A stretch of 11,271 nucleotides of DNA from Octopus sinensis (GCF_006345805.1 NW_021827239.1:1-11271), one strand, 5' to 3'; counted from the first letter of the stretch, positions 1 through 7,636 are shown. Numbers and translations are program-made. The notes: generated by a model from the letters alone, not told the origin.

Positions 1-339
1 CACGCATATACACACCTATATGTATATGTGCGCTGACACACTGATTCAAAGCGAAGAACGAGGGTTTTGTTTCTACACAGTAAATGTGAAATATTTATTC
101 CACGTTGAGAACAAAAGCACTAGTCGCCGTTGATAGTTCCTTACTGACTACCATTTCAGCTCTGTAGCTTTTTCTTTATAGTTTACTGTTCAAACATCTC
201 TGTAAGTACTCAGGCCATTTCGAGGGCTTAAGTTCGACCAAGTAAATCATAGAGATGAAACGAAAGGAAGAAAGTGATGAATTATGATCGAAAAAAGGTA
301 GATTTAGATTAGCAAGTCTAAATTTTTTTTTCCCTCTAG

Positions 340-401
340 CATCATAGCCGCAGAGCCGCTCAGTCGCTCAGCCCCACCCTAACGCGACTGAGCCAACACA
401 A
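340..401 (+). other. Candidate 62 nt internal exon
   Basis: Acceptor TTTTTTTTTCCCTCTAG ends at 339 and a donor-like AA|GTATGT starts at 402. The island is GC-rich and one frame is open (HHSRRAAQSLSPTLTRLSQH). No homology recognised. Confidence 0.25.
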
Positions 402-413
402 GTATGTGATGGT

Positions 414-680
414 TATGTATGTATGTATGTATGTATGTATGTATGTATGTATGTATGTATGCATGTATGCATGTATGTATGTATGTATGTATGTATGCAT
501 GTATGTATGTATGTATGTATGTATGTATTATGTATGTATGTATGTATGTGTGTGTGTATATATATATATATATATGTATGTATGTAGGTAGGTAGGTATG
601 CATGTGTGTGTATGTGTGTGTGTATGTGTGCATGTATGTATGTGTATAAGCATGTACATACATACACACACATACAGACT
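414..680. repeat. Compound microsatellite (ATGT)n with (TG)n, (TA)n and (TAGG)n segments
   Basis: Directly visible tandem repeats; they explain the ORFs at 379-673. Confidence 0.95.
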
Positions 681-761
681 TATATATACAGACAACCTAT
701 TCTAATGAATTTAGAGAAGTGTTATTCTGCGACGAACGACGCGTTGACTTCCAAGACTTGG

Positions 762-1030
762 TATACACACACACACACCACACACTCACTCACACACATA
801 CATCTCGCGCGCACACACACACCTACATGCACACATGCACACATATACGCATACATTTTTCATGCATACATACATGTGTGTAAATATACGGATGTCTTTA
901 TCATATATATATACATATATAAATGCATACATTTATTTATACATATATGTATGTATATATATATATACACAAATATGAATGTTTGTATATATATGTTTGA
1001 GTATACATACATGCGTGTATGTGTGTGTAT
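762..1030. repeat. Low-complexity (CA)/(TA)/(CATA) tract
   Basis: Degenerate alternating purine-pyrimidine repeats, directly visible. Confidence 0.85.
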
Positions 1031-1089
1031 AACATTTACTACCATAGTATTGTGTATTCTTGTCTTTGTACAAGAAAAGAAAGCGAAAG

Positions 1090-1122
1090 TACTACTACTA
1101 CTACCACCACCACCTCCACACA

Positions 1123-1177
<55 letters not shown>

Positions 1178-1268
1178 TATCACAGGTAGTAGTTGTAGAG
1201 GTGTTAGTATTAGTAGTTGTGGTCGTGGGGGGGGGGGGGCGATCGTGGTGGTGGTAGTAGTAGTAGTA
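1090..1268. repeat. Inverted compound trinucleotide microsatellite with an internal G13 run
   Basis: (TAC)5(CAC)3 at 1090-1113 is the exact reverse complement of (GTG)3(GTA)5 at 1245-1268. A (CTA)n run extends to ~1178 and G13 lies at 1227-1239. Confidence 0.9.
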
Positions 1269-1934
1269 GCATAAATCCACTGATGTCTGTATTAAGAAAC
1301 TTTTCCGACACTCTTTGGAGAAGGAGACAACAAAACACATACCATTGCCAATCTGGAGATATCTGTTAATGGTTCGCGTCCTGTTAGCAAGCGTAATTTT
1401 AGTACAATACAACCCCACTCCCCACACATACTTACAAACACGCATATGCACATTCCAAGAATCGAGCGCACACACATACATATGTGTGGCTTTGTGTTTA
1501 TAAGAGTTAGTGAACCAACCAAAGAGAGCAGTACTCAATACATTCGAACGGTGTTACATATATCTTTAATCACAGCTTGATTCAGCGCAATGCGTATTAA
1601 ATTTTCATGGACGCATAGGAAATATCTTCCTCATCAGATGCTCCAGGCACCTGATGAGATGGCCGCCTATTTACTTATAATTATATATATATATTTGGCT
1701 GCACACGCACGCACACACAGATTAATTATAGGATTCATTAGAATCTAGGTCTATCAACTCACAGGGCGCCTGTTCACAGTAAGTTAAAAGATGCATGAGT
1801 TGTCATGTATTGGTAATATACCGTAGGTATGTATATATGTAAGTACCAAATCCAATATAAGCCAAATGGTATGTCTGGGCTGGTTCCTAGTGTGGCGTAG
1901 TTATAATAAAGAGGAACACAAATAAGGTTTGATA

Positions 1935-2011
1935 TTTACTATAGCTGTTTCAGCAGAATCTTACTGAGGCATTCATTGGTTACATCATAAAATCCACCAT
2001 CTTCAGGTAGA
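1935..2011 (-). ncRNA. Degenerate type I hammerhead-like motif (possible Penelope-like pLTR relic)
   Basis: Minus strand reads TCTAC-CTGAAGA-48 nt with a 9-pair stem GGATTTTAT/GTAAGATTC-GAAA-CAGCTA-TA-GTAAA. Core words are in the right order. Stem III is a near-palindrome with one mismatch, stem I pairs 4 of 5, and the base of stem II does not pair. Confidence 0.35.
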
Positions 2012-2044
2012 ACTTTATGCAGATATTTTAAGGCAGGGTAAAAT

Positions 2045-2108
2045 CTTGATGATGACCTGTCCAATAAAGTTATTCACCATGTTATTTGGTGGACTGGTCA
2101 TCATCAAG
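2045..2108. other. Hairpin/inverted repeat, 18 of 19 bp stem, 26 nt loop
   Basis: CTTGATGATGACC-T-GTCCA (2045-2063) pairs with TGGAC-T-GGTCATCATCAAG (2090-2108). Confidence 0.9.
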
Positions 2109-2601
2109 GATAGGTCTTTGTAAGACGCCTACGAAACCTTTTCACTTTAGATTTTCAAAAGTGTGTAGTATATGGAGCTGTGTCGCAAAGTATATGTGTT
2201 GTGGTCGTTGTTACAAAAATAATTTGTATTTGAAGTAGGAATGTTGCTGGTAATGCTATCCGTTAACGTACAAATTGATTGGTCAACGTTCATGTATTAA
2301 AACTCATCTAGCAGTCGCGCGAGAAGAACACATAAAAGCTTTTCTCCATTGAATATGTCATATGACAGTTAAAAAAGGGAGATATAAATAAGTGATATAA
2401 TAATTATTACATACGAATGTTATTGATAATTATTTATTATTCTGTCGAAGAATAATGTTATCATTTAGTGTTAGTTAACTCCCACTGAGTATGCTAAAAC
2501 ACATCCCTTAGATTTTAAGAAAGATTTTAACTGTATGTTAAGGAAGTTGTTTGGTCTAGGAAGTAATGATAAGCTTTAAGTCATGCAAAAACCACTGTAG
2601 G

Positions 2602-2670
2602 TTTTGAGTCATTTCGGTAAAACGTTTACCATTCTTTTTTCGCGAAAAAAAATTTCCATATGACTCAAAA
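2602..2670. other. Nested inverted repeats
   Basis: TTTTGAGTCAT (2602-2612) pairs with ATGACTCAAAA (2660-2670). They enclose GGTAAA-ACG-TTTACC (2616-2630) and the 16 bp palindrome TTTTTTCGCGAAAAAA (2635-2650). Confidence 0.8.
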
Positions 2671-2873
2671 AGACATTTCTTTTTATTCGGGAACAATAAA
2701 ATGAAGCCGAGAACTTCCGCTGATGCAAATACCTTAGAGCTGAACAAAGTCAAAGCTTTTCATACGTTCCCTCATGTTCTTAAAATAGCAACAGCCAGTT
2801 CACTAAAATTTTCTTTTCTTCACCGCATAAGCATCTCTAATTATTATTAGCGACGTAGCAGTATTAGTTAAAA

Positions 2874-3079
2874 TTAGCGATCTGTACATCATATCTAAAA
2901 CATATAAACTGCTTAAACCCTTTTAAACTGCGGTATCCGTTTTGAAAACGCTTATCTTATAGACGTGTAATGTTCCTCAAGACTATACATCTCTAAGACA
3001 TGTTTTCTCAAGTCGAGTTCTCCAGTTTAGAAGGCTTTCAACAGTATGTATGCTTGAGATATGATGTACAGATCGCTAA
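2874..3079. mobile_element. MITE-like / fold-back palindromic element, ~206 bp
   Basis: Perfect 23 bp inverted termini TTAGCGATCTGTACATCATATCT (2874-2896) and 3057-3079. Inward, 26 of the next 34 positions are complementary, and 2955-2969 pairs with 2984-2998 at 12 of 15. A TA at both ends could be a TSD. The palindrome is certain; the MITE label is inference. Confidence 0.6.
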
Positions 3080-3193
3080 CCTCTAAATAGATTTTATAAT
3101 CAATGCATTGAATATCTTAACATAAACTTAACTAATGTTTTCCTTTATTTCCCGTAAAGATAGTGCCACTAAATAGATTGGAGAGCTGGAAGA

Positions 3194-3475
3194 AAGACTG
3201 CGAGCTGTCAGCATCGTTGGAGCGTTGGAGAAAATGCTTAGCAGCTTCCACACCACCACCACCACCACCACCACCACCACCACCACCACCACCATCACCA
3301 CCGCCGCCGCCACCACCACCACCACCACCACCACCACCACGACTCTTCTGAGTTGAAATCTTGCCGTGGTCATCTTTTTTCATTCATACTTTCGTGGTCG
3401 ATAAGATACGGTACGAGTCAGGTACTCGGGTCAATATGATCGACTAGTCCCCTCCACTCAGAATTATTCGCCTTC
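3194..3475 (+). mobile_element. tRNA-headed SINE family A, diverged copy interrupted by (CAC)n
   Basis: Head GCGAGCTGTCAGCATCGTT...AAAATGCTTAGC, then the microsatellite, then TTCTGAGTTGAAATCTTGCCGTGGTC...TTCATACTTTCGTGGTCGATAA...GGTCAATATGATCGACT. Colinear with the copy at 5281-5497. Confidence 0.75.
3248..3340. repeat. (CAC)n microsatellite with CAT/CGC variants
   Basis: Directly visible; explains the poly-G, poly-P and poly-V ORFs at 3128-3383. Confidence 0.95.
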
Positions 3476-3718
3476 AACCCTACAACGGACCGGCGCCTCT
3501 TTCGGGTGGAATGTTGTCAGCTCCGTCACTTTATGTGCCATGGAACCCAGGTGACCGATGTTAGAAACCGTAGGACACAAGAAAAAGAAAATAAACAAAA
3601 GAATGTATCTATGAACAATAACACTCATCGATTTTGAAAACACATATACTTGTATTTCGTGCCTACTTCTTCAGTGTTTTTAAAAATCTACATAGTGTTT
3701 CTCTCATCGCTAAGTTAG

Positions 3719-3905
3719 CAAATACTACAACGTTATGATTCGATGATGAGAAGAAATAAATTCGAAACAGGTAACTACTTGCTTCCCCATCTCCACTGTT
3801 TTTTATAGAAATTATTACGGTAATTATTACTCATTGAACTAATATTTTTCTTTTCTTTTTCCAGACATCCTAAGTATTGCTTATAATATATTTAATACGC
3901 GATAA
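3719..3905 (+). CDS. Hypothetical last two coding exons (3719-3770 + 3865-3905) of an unknown gene; could be non-coding
   Basis: Splicing the 94 nt intron gives QILQRYDSMMRRNKFETDILSIAYNIFNTR*. A weak acceptor TTAG ends at 3718 and AATAAA lies at ~3983. No protein family recognised. Confidence 0.2.
3771..3864 (+). other. Candidate 94 nt GT-AG spliceosomal intron
   Basis: Donor CAG|GTAACT, branch-like CTAAT at 3839-3843 (A 22 nt before the 3' end), polypyrimidine tract TTTTTCTTTTCTTTTTC and CAG| acceptor. Confidence 0.5.
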
Positions 3906-4334
3906 GTTTAAAAAAATACGTCTTGAATCGCACTCAAAAAAATAACAAAATGGCGTCTTATTCAAAATTCGACGTTGTATAAAAATAAAAAAAAAACCCC
4001 AATGATAAAAGACTAAAAACGGATTTTACGGACGATAGTGGAAATTGTAACTTTCATGCCTTTCCAAAATGATTTAGCTGTGTCTAGCAAAAGGAAGTTT
4101 GACTTCTATAATCGGAAATGAGAAAAAGAAACTGGGTCGCGAATACGGTGTGGCATGAGTATAAGACTTTATGTTGTTGCTACACCCATCGCCATTGCTT
4201 ATCGAGAAAGATTACAAGGAAACCATATTGTCACATAAATCATAAAGGATACTATCGGAAACTACTTTCGAAAATTGATTTTTGTTTTTATGTGTTCCTG
4301 CTATACGCATTCTATTAAATGTGCAGCGTAGCCT

Positions 4335-4595
4335 ATATATGTTCATGTGTATGTCGTGTGTGCGTGTGTGTATAAATATATATATGTACATATAAATGAA
4401 TATATATATATATCACATATATTTACTTATATACATATATATATATATACGTATTTAAATATATGTGCATTTGAGTGTGAGTGTGTGTGTCTGAGTAAAT
4501 AAACCATAAAGACAGAGAGAGAGAGAGAGAAAGGGAGAGAGAGGGAGAGAGAGAGATGTATCTATGTTTGTACGTGTGTGTGTGTGTGTGTGTGA
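4335..4595. repeat. (TA)n, (TG)n and (GA)n compound low-complexity tract
   Basis: Directly visible. Confidence 0.85.
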
Positions 4596-4659
4596 ATCAA
4601 GACAATAGAGTTATATATAAGTCAGTATGTTTGCGCGAGTGAATTTAGGAAGGTAAATA

Positions 4660-4811
4660 TTAATATTTATATAAGTACACATATTTACATAGACACACAC
4701 ACATACATACATACATACATACATACATACATACATACTCATACATACATACATACATACATGCATACATACAGACATATATATATATAATGAGTATATA
4801 TATGTATATAT

Positions 4812-4890
<79 letters not shown>

Positions 4891-4905
4891 CATACATACA
4901 TGCAT
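4660..4905. repeat. (CATA)n and (TA)n microsatellites
   Basis: Directly visible. Confidence 0.95.
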
Positions 4906-5172
4906 ACAGGTACGTAGTTACGTATACATCTAGCTTTGAATACGTGTATGTATTCTTAAATTTGTATGCCTAAGTGTGTGTGTGAGTACGTTAAATTTCT
5001 CTTATTGCCAACAGACGTTCTTGTGGTAAAGAGTAACCCACAATCCTATTACAGCTTTTTATTGACCTGTGCTTCTATAGAACGGAACCCCCTACCTTAG
5101 CACTCATCTTCATCTATTATCAGACGTTCTTTGACACCTTACTTAAATGAAGAGAACGAAACTATGTATTGA

Positions 5173-5232
<60 letters not shown>

Positions 5233-5233
5233 G

Positions 5234-5280
<47 letters not shown>
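5173..5280. repeat. (ATT)n microsatellite
   Basis: Near-perfect run directly before a SINE head. Confidence 0.97.
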
Positions 5281-5282
<2 letters not shown>

Positions 5283-5497
5283 AGTGTCGAGCCGGCGGAA
5301 TTGTTAGCGCGCCCGCGCTATATGCTTAGCGTTATTTCGTCTGCCGCTACGCTCTGAGTTCAAATTCCGCCGAGGTCGACTTTGCCTTTCATCCTTTTGG
5401 GGTCGATAAATTAAGTACTAGTAAAGCACTGGGGTCGATGTAATCGACAAGTACCCTCCCACCACATGTGCGACCTTGTGCCTCCAGTAGAAAGGAT
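5281..5497 (+). mobile_element. tRNA-headed SINE family A, near full length
   Basis: A-box-like CCGGCGGAATTG and B-box-like GAGTTCAAATTCC (5356-5368). Central AGGTCGACTTTGCCTTTCATCCTTTTGGGGTCGATAAATTAAGTAC resembles, from memory, the Deu/Nin SINE domain. Ends GTGCCTCCAGTAGAAAGGATT before a simple-repeat tail. Five related copies are in this window. Confidence 0.9.
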
Positions 5498-5506
5498 TCT
5501 TCTTCT

Positions 5507-5538
<32 letters not shown>

Positions 5539-5737
5539 TTCTTCTTCTTCTTCTTTCTTCTTTCTTCTTCTCTTCTTCTTCTTCTTCTTCTTCTTCTTCT
5601 TTCATTATTATTATTATATTATTATTATTATATTATTATTATTATATTATTATTATTATTATTATTATTATTATCATTATTATTATTATTATATTATTAT
5701 TATCATTATTATCATTATTATTATTATTATATTATTT
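5498..5737. repeat. (CTT)n followed by (ATT)n microsatellite
   Basis: Directly visible; links two SINE copies. Confidence 0.97.
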
Positions 5738-5980
5738 AAGGTGGCGAGCTTGTGGCAAAAATTTGAAAAACTATTGTTATTAGAATCGTTAGAACGCTGG
5801 ACGAAACGCTTAACTGTATTTCACCCATCGCTACATTCCGAGTGGAAATTCCGCCGAGGTCGACTTTGCTTTTCATCCTTTCGGGGTCAATAAATTAAGT
5901 ATAAGTTAAATACTGGAGTCGATACAATCGACCACTCCCCTCAACAAAAATTTCATGACGTGTGCCGTAAGTTGAAATGA
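5738..5980 (+). mobile_element. tRNA-headed SINE family A with an AT-rich insertion in the A-box region
   Basis: AAGGTGGCGAGCT, then ~30 nt extra sequence at 5751-5781, then AGAATCGTTAG...TTCCGCCGAGGTCGACTTTGCTTTTCATCCTTTCGGGGTCAATAAATTAAGT...CTGGAGTCGATACAATCGAC. Confidence 0.88.
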
Positions 5981-6030
5981 TAATAATTATAATAACAATA
6001 ATCCTTATTATTATTATTATTATTATTATT

Positions 6031-6589
6031 GAGTGAGCGAGCAGAGCATGCCATCAAAGTGACACTGGGGTAAAATATACGAAGCCCAGTATACCCATCA
6101 TGACTACCCGTCTGATAAGGGTACACCAGGCACATGCATCACAACCATATGTGCGCGACATGGTGATCTCAGATCAAGATAAACTGCACATGACCTTGCA
6201 GGTGGAGCCCAGCAGTTAGAATTTCTTCAGATCGAGTAACCCATCCCGCTCAAAAGGTCCCTGAATAAGGGTTGTTTAGGACGTTTGAACGAAACACCCA
6301 TGTTTCCAGAGGTGAATTATTCAAACCCCAAAGAATCCTTCTCAACACATGCTATGATGCTCCCCCCACTTACTTCTGCTCGTGATCAGAGATGCACATA
6401 TCGTCAGCCACTAAGGGACATGCTCAACTGGTTAAGGTCAAACAAAACTGACAAGCAAATCTGTGTGTATTGAGCAGAATATTTGCTGTAGCCCATCTTT
6501 ATACCAAGACAACAACAATGTACATGATAACACTTCCAATCAGTTAAGATCAGAAGCCATGAGAGCCACTGCCTGGTACTGCATCAGGG

Positions 6590-6590
<1 letters not shown>
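6031..6590 (-). mobile_element. ~560 bp interspersed element embedded in (ATT)n; class and orientation uncertain
   Basis: A complex, more GC-rich block with sharp borders and (ATT)n on both sides (6007-6030, 6591-6650). A stem-loop ACTGGG/CCCAGT lies at 6064-6090 near the presumed 3' end. No credible ORF. I recall this sequence as an octopus high-copy repeat, which is unverified. Confidence 0.6.

Positions 6591-6650
<60 letters not shown>
6591..6650. repeat. (ATT)20 perfect microsatellite
   Basis: Directly visible. Confidence 0.98.
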
Positions 6651-6652
<2 letters not shown>

Positions 6653-6796
6653 GGCGGCGAAATCGTTAGCACGCCTTGACATTTTGAGTTCAAATTTCGT
6701 CGAGATCGACTTTGCTTTTCATCCTTTTGGGGTCGATAAACCAGTCAAGTACTGGGTCGATGTCATCGACTGCCCCTCTCCTCACAAAAATCCACT
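6651..6796 (+). mobile_element. SINE family A, internally deleted copy
   Basis: AAGGCGGCGAAATCGTTAGCACGCC...TGAGTTCAAATTTCGTCGAGATCGACTTTGCTTTTCATCCTTTTGGGGTCGATAAACCAG...CTGGGTCGATGTCATCGACT; several short deletions relative to 5281-5497. Confidence 0.88.
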
Positions 6797-6805
6797 ATTA
6801 TCATT

Positions 6806-6898
6806 TAGGCCGTGAGCAGGCAGAATCGTCATCGCGCCGGACAAAATGCTTCGCGGCATTTCGTCCGTATTGACGTTCTGATTTCTAATTTCGTCGAA
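6806..6898 (+). mobile_element. SINE family A, 5' (tRNA-like) half only
   Basis: GAGCAGGCAGAATCGTCATCGCGCCGGACAAAATGCTTCGCGGCATTTCGTCC...GTTCTGATTTCTAATTTCGTCGA matches the head of the other copies. Confidence 0.8.
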
Positions 6899-6900
6899 CT

Positions 6901-6924
6901 CTTTTATCTTTTACTTGTTACAGT
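6901..6924 (-). mobile_element. Possible 3' tail remnant of SINE family C
   Basis: The reverse complement ACTGTAACAAGTAAAAGATA matches 8890-8909 (ACTGAAAATAGTAAAAGATA) at 17 of 20. The match is short. Confidence 0.35.
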
Positions 6925-7090
6925 ATACTAGATTATGCATGCGAGTTTCTGTATGTATGCTATCAATAATTCTGTGGATAGTGACTTCGAAGTTACACCT
7001 GTATTTGCCGTTTGCTGACGACATCAATTACTAGGGACGTCATTTGATGCTACACTTCAACGTATTTTCCGCTAATCACCATTTTATTGC

Positions 7091-7232
7091 TATATATATA
7101 CATATATATACATACACACACACACACACACACACATACACACATATATATATATATACATACAAAGAGAGAGAGAGAAGGAGAGAGAGAAGTAGATAGA
7201 TAGATAGTTAGATAGATAGATAGATTGATAGA

Positions 7233-7302
<70 letters not shown>

Positions 7303-7312
7303 TGATAGATAG
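7091..7312. repeat. Compound (TA)(CA)(GA)(GATA)n microsatellite
   Basis: Directly visible. Confidence 0.95.
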
Positions 7313-7537
7313 GCAGAAAAGTATATCTACACGTATTAGTACCGTATGTTAGTGCTTAGTGGACACAGACGTGAAAAACTTGTCTGCGTGAATCAATTAA
7401 GGTAAAAGAGACGCAAGCAACAACAGCAACAACAACAAGAATGATTTTTGCAATTCGTATCTCATCAGCGCATTTCACTTTAGATTATTTCTGTTTTCTT
7501 TTCCTTCATTTTCCCACTCGTCTTTTCCGTTCTCTAG

Positions 7538-7636
7538 CTTCGCATCTTAGCTAAAGGCATGATGCATTCGAAGTGAATAATACAGCTATCGAGTCGACCA
7601 TTTTCTAGCGCCGACTTCTTGCATATTTCAGCCAAA
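7538..7636 (+). other. Candidate 99 nt exon, non-coding or pseudo-exon
   Basis: A ~48 nt pyrimidine-rich tract ends CTCTAG at 7537 and the donor AAA|GTAAGA starts at 7637. All three frames contain stops. Confidence 0.2.

Noticed and set aside
379-1538. ORFs of 61-222 aa in the supplied track (YIHT, VCMY, poly-Y/T/V)
   Set aside because: They are translations of (ATGT)n, (CA)n and (CTA)n microsatellites, which lack stops in several frames.
2049-2100. C/D box snoRNA (ATGATGA at 2049-2055)
   Set aside because: There is no CTGA D box at a suitable position, and the C-box word is buried in a long stem.
2356-2456. Small palindromes TGTCATATGACA (2356-2367) and ATTATTCT/AGAATAAT (2436-2456); similarly AGTGACC/GGTCACT at 8529-8545
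   Set aside because: Short enough to be expected by chance in 11 kb of AT-rich DNA.
3128-3383. Gly-, Pro- and Val-run ORFs
   Set aside because: They come from a (CAC)n tract inside a SINE; the flanking residues are translated SINE sequence.
3809-3819. 11 nt micro-exon (TATAG|AAATTATTACG|GTAATT) within the candidate intron
   Set aside because: It would leave flanking introns of only 38 and 45 nt, which are implausibly short.
3946-3957. YY1-like motif CAAAATGGCGTC
   Set aside because: A single short motif with no supporting promoter context.
4118-4318. 66 aa ORF in unique sequence
   Set aside because: Starts at a non-ATG codon, its length is within chance expectation, and it has no motif or splice support.
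5173-6924. CRISPR-like repeat-spacer pattern
   Set aside because: The repeats are variable-length (ATT)n and the intervening blocks are homologous SINEs of unequal size. The context is eukaryotic and there are no cas genes.
7440-7470. CTGATGA on the minus strand (7468-7462) as a hammerhead core
   Set aside because: There is no proper stem II, GAAA or stem III/UH arrangement.
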